NCBI RefSeq assembly: GCF_001194135.2 | Contig: NC_068984.1 | Location: 54,608,344 to 54,671,901, forward strand | Source of the DNA: Octopus bimaculoides | Taxonomy: Eukaryota | Length of the DNA: 63,558 bases | Reading direction: 5' to 3' | Part shown: positions 25,154-35,799 of the stretch, one piece after another | Numbering within the stretch: position 1 is the stretch's first letter | How the letters are laid out: every line of letters begins with the position of its first letter | Notes under the pieces: model-generated | Told to the model about the DNA's origin: nothing | The model's database searches: none | What the model saw: the letters and a program-made list of their open reading frames with translations, nothing else | Position numbers and translations under genes: made by a program

Positions 25154-26793
25154 ATAGGAGAGTGCTGATTAGATTAACGAAGAAGGTGTAAGTTTATTTT
25201 GTCTGTTGGTTTGCTTTGGTGAAGGATTGTTTTTTTTGTTGTATGCTGCTTTGCAGCGGTGTAGTTGTGCTTTCCCTCTTTGAGAGTTAGTATGGATAGT
25301 AAAAGTAAAAGGAATTCTTTTTACTCAGACCTTAGCGGGTCTGAGTTGTCATCATCCGAAGAAGAATTGCTAAGGACTGTTGAGGTTATGGATAAGGAGT
25401 TGAAAAGGAGGAGGTTCGGAGATGTCGCCCGAGATGACAAATGTGTTAATTGATATCTAGAAGTACAAGAATCTGAGTCGAGACGGTTACAACGTGCAAG
25501 TTTCTCGAAACGGCAAAAATGATGAAAGGTAGAACCATAATGTATAAGAAGTACTCAAGAAAGGAAAAATAGACCACATGATGACGGAGCAGGCGGAGAA
25601 GGGGATGAGGCCAATCTGGCAAGAAATAACATATCTTGCCAGAGGGCCGAAATTAGGTGAAATAGAAGTAAGATTCATAAACGAGAACACGGCGAAGAAG
25701 CACGCGGCAATGCCATTAAAGGACGAAGAGTTAGTATTTCTATCCACGTACCTGGGACAAAGAGCGTCTCGAGTAAGGGTAGAAGGAATTCCTCCAGAAA
25801 TAGACGTAGCCTGGATAGCGGCTGCTGTATTGGCCGAGACTGACGGCAAAATAGTGGTGCTCAAGACAACTAAAACAAAAAGTGTAAATTGGAAGGACCA
25901 AGTTTTGAACATGATAGTGCAAGGTTCAAGTGAGACTATAGAAGAGATGGTAGAAACAGTGACTGTGGATGAAATTATAATGAATGTAAGGGTGGAGGGC
26001 AAAATACCGCGCTGTTTTAAATGTGGTCAGAATGGCCACATAAGAGCGAAATGCCCTCCACCAGATAAAAGAGTGGAGGAAGTGCAAGAAGAAAGCAGTA
26101 AGGAGAAGACACAAGAGACGCCTCTGGAAGAACAGCAGGAGGAAGAATTGGTTCCAGAAAAAGAGGAAGAGTGGGAAAAGAGAAGGAAGAGGAAAAAGGC
26201 AAGTCCAATACACACAAAACTTCACGCAACAACTACCTAAGGCCCACCCATACCCTATCTGTCCCATCCTCGCCCTGCAGACACTAAGCCTTCCCATTCC
26301 CCACGATCACAAAAACAAAAGAAAAGAGTACATTCAGACAATGCTTCAAAAATTCCCCTCCCCCCAGTGGATGTTTTGCGTGTATAATTCATGACGATGA
26401 CCTGTTTGTAAAGGCTATTGAATGGGAGAACACATTGCATGTTGGTGTGGTGCTATTATTAACGACACAGCAAAAGATGTAAGTAGAGAGACACAATGTG
26501 AATTATGAAATATGGAAGGTTGATTTCGATAAGGAGAAAATACCACAGTTTATTGAGTCTGAAGAATTGAAAGAGAGATTTGGGTTGGACATAATGGGGT
26601 ATACAGAAAAGGAAGCAAGTGATGTTACTTGATGGGGCGGGTTACACCATTTTCATCATTACATTTTTTCCATCTTTCATGGTATCATACGTTTTTATTT
26701 ATTTTATATTTTATTTTAATTGTACATTTTTTATGTCCCCAATGTAATTGTATGTCCCACTTTGTCGGCCCCCTCGTGGGTAATAAAGAATTA
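25154..26793 (+). mobile_element. ORF1-only retroelement, 1640 bp, apparently full length (HAL1-like architecture)
   Basis: Perfect 17-bp TSD CAATGCTATCTCCACAC at 25137-25153 and 26794-26810. About 140 bp leader, disrupted ORF1, T-rich 3' UTR ending AATAAAGAATTA. No RT or endonuclease sequence. Confidence 0.9.
25292..26632 (+). pseudogene. LINE ORF1/gag-like protein with one CCHC zinc knuckle, frameshifted (largest open block 25578-26240)
   Basis: MDSKSKRNSFYSDLSGSE... start; RRM-like RVRVEGIPPEI; PRCFKCGQNGHIRAKCP knuckle; E/K-rich linker; C-terminal KEKIPQFIESEELKERF. Aligns by eye to ORF 27830-28522. Confidence 0.82.
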
Positions 26794-27072
26794 CAATGCT
26801 ATCTCCACACCTGTCTTTCAACTTTCTGTAGTTTTCCTCCTCAATCAATATTGCCTTCATATCCTCTGCATATATGTATGAAGGCACCTTCACTCTTACT
26901 ATTGAATGAAACTTATTTTTTTTCTGTTTCTACATTCTTTGGGTACGTCACATAATACCACACTCCATCTCCTCCTCGTATCTTCTTTCCTTTCTCTCGG
27001 ACTTTTTGTTGTCTCTTTTCTTCCTCCATAAATAGTCTCTCCATCTCACCTTCCTACAGTTGGATTTCCGAC

Positions 27073-27283
27073 GTTACCAATGCAAAAGTAGGGGACACAT
27101 GCAAGCAAAGTGTCCCCTAAGAGAGGCGAGCGAGGATGCAGCGGTGGAAGAAAATAAAAACGAAGAGACAACAGATAAAAAAAGAGCGAGGGTGGAGTCG
27201 CCACCCAAAAGTCAAAAAAAAAAAAGGAAGAAAAGACAACAGCAAGTGGAAGTACAGAGATTCGAACGCAGGAAGCGGAGCCA

Positions 27284-27318
<35 letters not shown>

Positions 27319-27850
27319 AAAAGGGCGAAAGTGGATGAGGAGAGTGGAAGAGAGGATAGCGTATGTAAGGAGGACAGAACGAACTAAGGGACGACACTTG
27401 GAAAAGTTAATTTTCTATTATATGGTCATTGAAATTGAGAAAAAATTAACGAAAATGAAAGGGATAGTAAGAATAAAGTTGGAGCAACATATGTTTGAAC
27501 AAGATGATAGAGCGTTATTGGTGGATGTAGAGAAGATAGAAAGACTAACGGAGTTGTTTGAAAACAAGATTCCTAAAAGTAAACTATATGTTCGGAACGA
27601 AAATCTACCCAAGGTAATAGGTGTAGAGGAACTTATGGAACGTATAACGCACGAATGTAATCGATCACTAACTGTATAAAGAAAACTGTAAAATGGAACT
27701 ACGAGCTTTAGGGGGCTCGTAAGCCATTTCATCCTTTCATTAAAATATTCCATCACATATTCCTCATTCGTTACATGTACCCCACGTTTTGTGTTGTCTG
27801 TCCTTGAAATGTCCATTCTATATTGGACTTTATGCCCAAATAAAGATAGT
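27073..27850 (+). mobile_element. ORF1-only retroelement, 5'-truncated copy
   Basis: 15-bp TSD AGTTGG(A/G)TTTCCGAC at 27058-27072 and 27851-27865. Starts at a decayed knuckle (RYQCKSRGHMQAKC), has the C-terminal domain (ORF 27335-27679) and a 3' UTR ending AAATAAAGA. Confidence 0.87.
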
Positions 27851-30569
27851 AGTTGGGTTTCCGACTCTTTCTCCAATGGAACAACTGGTATCTTTACTGG
27901 TAACTCCACTTTCTTTTTCCTTCCTACTACCCACCTTCACAGTTTCTTTTCTCACCCCTTCTCTCTTCTTTTTCTGTTTCTCTGGTGGAAAACTCATTTC
28001 TCCGCTCCTTTTCTTTTTAACCATAGTGAATCCCTTCGTTTCTTTTTCTGTTGCCTTGTCCTGTACTACCTGGTCCACACTCTCCTGCCTCTTCTCCTGT
28101 TCTGTTTGTGGCTTTCTTTGGGTGCACCATGCCGCCCTGTGGCCCCTTTCTCCACATGTGAAACACACTGGCGGCCTCCCCTCCATTGTAACTCTCAGTC
28201 TCGCATCTTCTGGCAGCACAATCTCATTCACCAGACTGTTCAAGTCCTCTGTTGTTGCCTGAATTGTTAATTCGATACCATATCCCCAGTGATCTACCTT
28301 CTGAGTCCTTGTAGCCTTCAGAATCTTCCCGTCTTTCATATTATATATTATGGCTGTCATCAGACATTCTTCTTTCAATTCGGGTGGCACCTTACCCACT
28401 CGCACATTGGCCACACGTTTGCTGCAGTACGAAGGCAAGAGCACCCATTCCTCTGTCCTTATTGCCTCTGTGGAGTGTTTTATTGTAATAAGATTACTGT
28501 TACTTGGTTCCCTCCTATTCACTTACAGTAGCTACTCAGTATATTTGTAGAGAACGACTAAATCAATAAAATATCACAATAAAAATCAGCATGCTAAAAT
28601 ATAAATTTGATGAATCATTACATGTACTTAATGCATTCTGCGAGAATTCATTATATTGGAATTAAATCTTTAAAATCTAATATGAGCGTCATGGAAAATG
28701 TACTATATTAGATGCATAGTAACTTAGACTATATAGTTTACAGACTAAAGTATGTAGTCCATCTTATTACGAGAAACTCCTCAAAGATATAAATTTAAAA
28801 TCTTGTCCTACTCTGATGAAGGTATGATGTGTTGACGGAGAAAATTGACTAAAAGGTTTAAAGATATATGTATGAGAGTCATAATAAGTGAAAGAATGGC
28901 AATCCTTAATACAAGATCTAGTTTCTGTATCATTAAGCAGATGTTAGACACTTTTGCAACTGAATACAGTATTAGAACCATACCGACTTACACCTTCAAT
29001 GTCGGTGCATTTTGACAAAAGTTTAAGAAGTTCGATTCACAACTACGAGATGTCCGGTTCGATCTCACTATGTAGCATTTTGGGTAAATACAATTTTCTG
29101 CACCTTCAGGTTGACTCATACCTTGAAATTAGATTGACGGAAACTGCATAGGGACCTACAATTCAAAAGGTACAACCTTGTTAAATACTGTGTCAGGCTG
29201 ATTCTACCAATGAATTACATTGAGGATTCCCGTATCTGTATAATGTTTAATCATTTACGTGTTAATTTAGGAGCATGTAATTCAGTTGATTGAACAATTT
29301 AATCTTTGTCGAACGACAGAGATCCTTCACCTCCACAGCTTCAACGGAAAGGACCACTGAAAGGTAAATGTCTTGGCAATGGAGAAAAAGCAGGAAATGA
29401 ACTGCTGACCTTTAAACTGGCTGTCTCTCTCAAGTAAATTAAATGTTAAATGCTGGGCTATAAACAAGAAAAAAAAATTAAATTCTCTGCAAGTGTAAAG
29501 GCATTTTGTTGTTATAAATTATTGCAAATGTTATTATATTAAAATTACTGTATATTCTGTTACTCTGTTCCTACTTGTATATAAATCCATTTTTTTCTGT
29601 TAACAAATTATACAAGTCAATTCTTCATAGATTAAGCAATTGGAATATTGTTTGGGTTTGCTCACGATAAAATAAAAATAGTTTTGGTAATAATAATTTT
29701 TATACTTTTTTTGTAATAATTTACAAAATTTATTAATTTACTTTAGTAGCTGTATATTTTTACATGTGATATATTTGTCACGTTTTGAAAAGATAACAAT
29801 ACATAATAATAAATGTAGCACTTATAAAATCTAATGTCAATTTTACATTGTTTGATATTTGCCGTAAAGATGAAACTGGTTTCACAAGAGATTCTTAAAT
29901 GTTTCCAATTATCTTTTTATTGCATATTGTTTATTATTAATAATTTCAAAATTATCCTGGAGACTGAAGCAAAGGCAACAATATCTGTTATGTATTTCAC
30001 CTGTTATACAAAATTTAATAAACTGGATTCATTTGTAAATAGAAAACTGATGTTGGTATAATTATCACAAAAACAGATTGGCCAAAAGCAGCTGGGTGAG
30101 TACAAATATAAAATTAATATTTCATTTAATAACTGCTATAACCATTGAATGAGCTTTAGGTAGGATGGCAGCGGTTAACCAAATGCAATTAATCTTCACA
30201 TATGATTAAATTTATGCTTCTTTCATGACACTCTGCTAGATGGAAATATTCACCCCTAACAAAAGTTCAAATATTGGATTAGTATTGAAATACTAAAATA
30301 TTTCATGCATGAAGATGGTATCTTACGTAATTGTTCAACCAGGAAGAAATAGAGGTAAAATTTCAACTCCAACCCTCCCTATCTGTCTTAGAAAAAAAAC
30401 ACGTTTGAGAATGACCAGATGGAATAACTTTTAACATAAATATGCTCGATTAGAGCTGACCCAAAGTTAAGCAACAACAATAACAATGTATGTGCAAGAA
30501 TAAGAATATTAGTTTATATTTTGTGTTCAACAAGTATGTAAATAATGGTTTCTTAGGCTGACAGGAGAC

Positions 30570-31290
30570 CTGGGAAGGGTTTAGACGATTACATCGCTCC
30601 GGCACTTGACTTTTACTTTGTTATCGACTTCAGAAGTAAGGTGTGTAAGACTGCCACATGATGGTCTCTAATATAGGCACAAAGCCTGAGATTGAAAGTG
30701 AGGAATTATTCGATACCATTGACTCCAGTTATTGATTTTAATTTATGTGATCGAGTCCAGGAGAATGGATGTCAAAATTGACCTCAGCTTGTTTGACATG
30801 AAAAAAGTAGATATTGCAAGCTAGTTTATCTGACACTTATTTTCCCAATCCACCGTGTATCTCTCCTTCTAATATTAGTTTCTAACACAGTCAAAGGACC
30901 ATGTATTTTTAGAAGGATGTAGTAGTGGATAAAAATCTAGATCAGTATTTGACTGCTATTGTATTGTATCGATCCCTGAAGTGACGAAAGACAAAGTTGA
31001 CCCTAGCTGAAATTAGATTTGGAAGTAAAGGCCGTAACTAAATACCATAAGGCATCTCCGATGTACTAATGATGCTACCAACCCACCACTCCTTTCCAGT
31101 ATTAAAACTGATTTCAAATTTTGGCACAAGGCCAGCAGTTTCGTGGGGTGGGGGTGGGGGGTAGTAAGTCGATTATATCGACTTCCATTAATCAACTGAT
31201 ACTCATTTTATCAATCCCGAAGGATGAAAGGCAAACCTCGACCTCAAAATATAAAGACAGACGAAATGCCGCAAGTATTTTGCCTTTCCA
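30570..31290 (-). mobile_element. Cluster of ~4 decayed family-A-type SINEs, same orientation
   Basis: Repeated GATTACATCGAC/TTTTATCGAC/GAAAGGCAAA-like blocks at ~30580, ~30720, ~30930 and 31107-31290 (the last is clearest). Confidence 0.65.
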
Positions 31291-32329
31291 GTAGTTAACA
31301 ACTGGAGTCAAGTATCTGTTCTTTCTATAACCGAAATATTACATCTAATTCTCCTAAATAATAAAACTAAATAACCTTCAAAAGGGTATATATTATTTCT
31401 ACTGGGGCAATGGAAGTGATGCCATCTAAGTATAGCAGCAGAACCTCTCGAAATCAAACTCTATTGTGTTTTTAACAACTACTAGAAAGCGATTTAAAAA
31501 ACTTGAGTCTCAAATTATACCCGAAAAAGAACAGATTGGGATGCTTTTGATCATTAGTTTGTTCGATGAAAAGCGACAAAATATCAACAGCTTCAATAAC
31601 ATTGTTACTTCTATGAAGAAACCACGCACAGATCCTATACTAAACGATTTAAGACTCGATAAAAAGCACTTCAAACCAACCGTCCGAAGGAGTAATATGT
31701 GTTGATATTTTTCACAATGAACTGTATTTTTCCAAATCTTTGTACCTTAGAATTGACTATTAATGATTGGTGTTCTATGAATTTCGAACCATAATTTATT
31801 TCACTTAATATTTCAACTACATCTGTAACTTGCTGTGAGGCAGAAACTACAGTTGCTAGCTGCATCATTCCTCTACATGAAATATTCTTAGGTTTTCATA
31901 ATTTTCATTAACTGCATCTCCTAATACGAAGACTTCAGAATTTTATGGATTTTGAGGAAGTAATTAGCATTTAATTTTACACTAAAATATTTTAAGTTTA
32001 AACAATGAATTATTCATCAAACTTCAAAAGTCATATTCTGCTCGAACATGTTACTAAACGCTTGCAATGGATTTGGTATCGAAGCCGAAGTAACGATAGT
32101 GCGATATTTTATTCACTCGAATCATAGTAAACCAGATCGCAGTAGTGATTTCAAGTTTTCATCAACTTTCATTAATTACATCAACTAAATGTTAATGGTT
32201 TATAATTTTTAATAGAAATAGAATTACAGTAAAAAAATTTCTAAGTGGTTCATAAAGAAGTAGATAAGGATCGTTTCAATGGAAACCTCTAAAAAAGTTC
32301 CACATCCTCGAAGAGATAATTTAGGCTAT

Positions 32330-32720
32330 ATCTTAGCTCTTGTTTTCTTGCATTATGCTGATGGTATACATAGCAAATTCACATATTTATTGCACCAGTT
32401 CTTTTAATAACTAACATTCTTAAAATAACTTCTTGCTTTCCCTGGCTGTTGAATCAATAGTGGCATTAAAAAAATTCTCAGTAAAACGATTGAAAAAGTC
32501 TTTGATGTGAAAACCTCGGTCAGTAATCTAATAATGATCCGAGTGTATTTATTTCACTGCAAACAGTTAACGGGGTTCTCTTAATTTAAGCTGCTTTTGT
32601 TGATCTTTGAGAATTAAACAAACTAAGTAGTTCCAATACCAGAGAATAAGTTTTCGGTGCATCAAATGGATATTGATGAAAAGATAATTCATTATTGTAC
32701 AAATATCATCATCGTAAGTA
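32330..32720 (-). pseudogene. Possible Harbinger-type transposase remnant
   Basis: Minus strand gives ITDRGFHIKDFF (cf. ADRGFxIxDLL) and, allowing one indel, DCTE upstream. Very decayed. Confidence 0.3.
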
Positions 32721-33204
32721 TCTTTACTAACATGAAAATAAACAGTGTCCGTTGATAAAAAATTCCACGGTTAAGGGTTTCGAAAATAACATTTATCAGT
32801 CAATTAATTATAGTAACTAGAAAGAACAGAGATGCTCACCAAAAGTATTGCGGACTCGTGAACTGAGTATTACAGAAAACATGGACTATAGACATGAAAT
32901 TAAGTTGAACGAATGTCTGAATAGCTTCATAGAAACATCGTGTCAATATTCTGTCGGTTTCTACGATGAGTACATCTGATGTTCAATTGAACTAATTTTA
33001 TCATATCAGCATGATGCTATAAACAGGTTCTTTCAAAAACAGATAGGGTACATCCAGGTGAATTCTGCGCAGTTTTCGTCTTTCCGATTTCATTCATCTA
33101 TATTGGATCAACCCGATAAAAGGTATTTGCCAAGATGTCACGTAGTGGGATTGAACCAGAGATCACGTTATTGTGGCGCTAACTTCTTGCCAGCTTGACT
33201 ATTC

Positions 33205-33221
33205 TTGCTACACTGTAACTA

Positions 33222-33262
<41 letters not shown>

Positions 33263-33290
33263 GTCTATCAATCTATCTTTCTGTCTATCA
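33205..33290. repeat. (CTAT)n microsatellite
   Basis: Direct reading. Confidence 0.9.
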
Positions 33291-33964
33291 ATCTATATGC
33301 ATATGTGTGTTTGTTACAAATTCCAACAGTGTGTTAAATATAAATGTAAGCATTCTTTCTACATCACTGATGTGCAAGAAAAGGGGAGGGAGTCTTTTGA
33401 CGGGCTGTTTCATGTTATTTTGTTGACTGCTGCTCAGAGAATACGCATCTAGCTTCTGTCCTCAATCAGCAGATCGGCTGCTTGTAAAGCAGTTAGGAAT
33501 TAGGCGTGTATCATGGTTGATAGCCTAATAGTGAAACCGTCTATTAACACATTCCCTACCTCTTTTCTGCGCATAAGTAGTATAAAAAGAATATGTTTGC
33601 ATTCTAATTTAACCCTCTGTGAGGTTTTGTTATATTTGAATTTAGGTTCTGATTTACGCTATACAGATATTCTTCAATTAATGACGAACTGTCAAATGCT
33701 CCATTATGCAAACTATGGAGTCCACCAAGATGCTAACCTAATTCATAATTCATGGCTGCTCTATAAGGAGCTGATCTATGGTATTAATTTGGGAAAGAAA
33801 CCAGGTATATTCTCGAAGGAACTGTAAACAAACAATGAAATAATCTGTCAGGAGACCCCCCCCCTCTCTGTTTTCTTCCGCACATTACTTGTGTAGAAAG
33901 ACTGCGTTTACATTCTTTTTTATCACACAGTGTGGCTTCATGATATTTAGATTTACCCTGTTAT

Positions 33965-33965
<1 letters not shown>

Positions 33966-34028
<63 letters not shown>

Positions 34029-34032
34029 GAAC

Positions 34033-34131
<99 letters not shown>

Positions 34132-34162
34132 CATATGTATATATATGAGAGAGAGAGAGAGA
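33966..34162. repeat. Compound (CA)n/(TA)n/(GA)n microsatellite
   Basis: Direct reading. Confidence 0.95.
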
Positions 34163-34771
34163 GGTCGAATTAACGAAAAGGTACATCTTTTCTTTGACTT
34201 TCGTTATAACACTGCATAAATAACTGAAATGATATACAGTGAGAATAAATTAGTCTCAATCGCACATAATATCCTCAAGTGTCAAATTATTACATTTCAA
34301 TCTCTACTTCGTTTAAGAAGACGAGAAATTTTGTCCGGATAATCTTAGGAAGAGAATTCTTAACAGCTATCCGCTTATAGTTCTTAATCTTTCTTTTGCC
34401 ACTTGATCTAGATAGTACAAAATTGGTTACTTCACAAATTTGATCTTTAGGATATTCTGTGACACATTAACTTAATTATCACAAGGTCAATTACTGGTAT
34501 TATTATAATTGATTTAAATATATTAATAGTTTCAATTTGATAGATTGCACGCCACATTTTGTATTGGAAAGAGTTTAGTTGAATCTTGGTTTATTACTAT
34601 GTCGTTTCATTAGAAGCACGATGAAAGGAAGATGAACTCAAAGCTAGAGGGATTACATTCAATGCTGCAAGGAAATTGTACTAGCAAGTGTACAATTTCG
34701 CTATAGCACCAAATTCTAAAATGCAAACAGACTGATTTAACTCTGTGTTAAGGTTTTAATTTTAGTCTGAT

Positions 34772-34961
34772 TCTTAGGTGCTGTGCTGCAGAATCGTTAG
34801 CACGCCGGGCAAAATGCTGACAGGCATTTCTTCCGTCTTTACATACTAAGTTCAAATTCCGCCGAGGTCGATAAAAGAAGTACCAGTTAAAAACCGGAGT
34901 AGATTTAATCGACTTAAGCCTCTCCCCCGAACTTGTTGGTGTTGTACCAAAATTTGAAACC
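34772..34961 (+). mobile_element. SINE family A (short central deletion)
   Basis: Family-A head and B box; 14-bp TSD AATTTTAGTCTGAT at 34758-34771 and 34962-34975. Confidence 0.9.
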
Positions 34962-35014
34962 AATTTTAGTCTGATGTTTCAGTCGTAAACTTTTCTAAGC
35001 CACTTCATTTCTGC

Positions 35015-35790
35015 GTCATTTGATGAGCTGGCAAAAACGTTTGAGTATCGGAAATATATCTCGAGGTATTTCTTCCAACTCTTTATACTTTAAGTTCAAA
35101 TCCCATCGAAGTCAATTATACTATTCATCCTTCCAAGATTAAGTACCAGCCAAGTACTGGGGACTGAAATTTTCCATCCAAATTCTAGGCTTTGCATCTT
35201 TATTTGAAACTATTTAAAAGCGGCGAGCGAGCAGCATCGTTAGCAACTCCAGCGACATGCTTAGTGGAATTTCTTCTGACTCTTTACGTTCAAAGTTTAA
35301 TTTCCGCCAAGATCATCTTTGCATTTAATCATTTCGAGGCCGATAAAATGAAGTAATACTAGGGTCGATTAAAAAGTTCATAGGCTGACTAAGATACTCA
35401 CATGGACTGTGAGCAAATGTGGTTTATTTTTTAACATAGCCTCCCCATCCTGCAATCCACACTCGTCTTCCATCGGTGTTGCACGGCTTGGATTCTATAG
35501 TATTTCACAACTATGTTAATAGCATTTCATAACTCTTGCATCATTTCTTCATAGTCAACCTATGAAAGTTTCAGCCCACCATTGTAGTTGAGTACTGAGT
35601 GGATGTAATCGATGTGTACCCTCCCTTAAAATTTCTGGCATAGTGTTAAAATTTGAAACCATTCGAGGTTGACTTTGCCTTTCATTCTTTTGGGTCAATG
35701 AAATAAGTACCAGCTACGAGCTGGGATTGATGTAATCAACTAGCTCCTCCTTCAGATTTTAGGTCTTGAGCCTTTTTTATCACCATCATT
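35015..35790 (+). mobile_element. Cluster of ~3 decayed family-A SINEs
   Basis: Heads at ~35020 and ~35218; central domain GAGGTTGACTTTGCCTTTCATTC at ~35665. Confidence 0.7.
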
Positions 35791-35799
35791 TCATTTACG

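Larger units (their letters stand above)
24815..28545 (-). mobile_element. ORF1-only (gag-like) retroelement 'host', split into ~27851-28545, 26794-27057 and 24815-25136 by two nested insertions
   Basis: ORF 27830-28522 has VRVGKVPPEL and CFTCGERGHRAAWC (CX2CX4HX4C). Removing the inserts gives an in-frame join ...NYRKLKDRCGDSI|DPPGVEVKFGELPPVVNLRHIEPLMKFY* (stop at 25051). Pyrimidine-rich 3' UTR ends in AATAAAGAAAT. Confidence 0.88.

Noticed and set aside
25487-26297. Hydrophobic minus-strand ORFs opposite the gag-like ORFs (also plus-strand 27789-28270)
   Set aside because: Antisense shadows of purine-rich ORF1 coding strands.
28500-28630. TSD for the minus-strand host ORF1 element (CATTACATGT near 24798 and 28616)
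   Set aside because: Only 10 bp, AT-rich and not adjacent to the apparent ends, so the host 5' boundary remains approximate.
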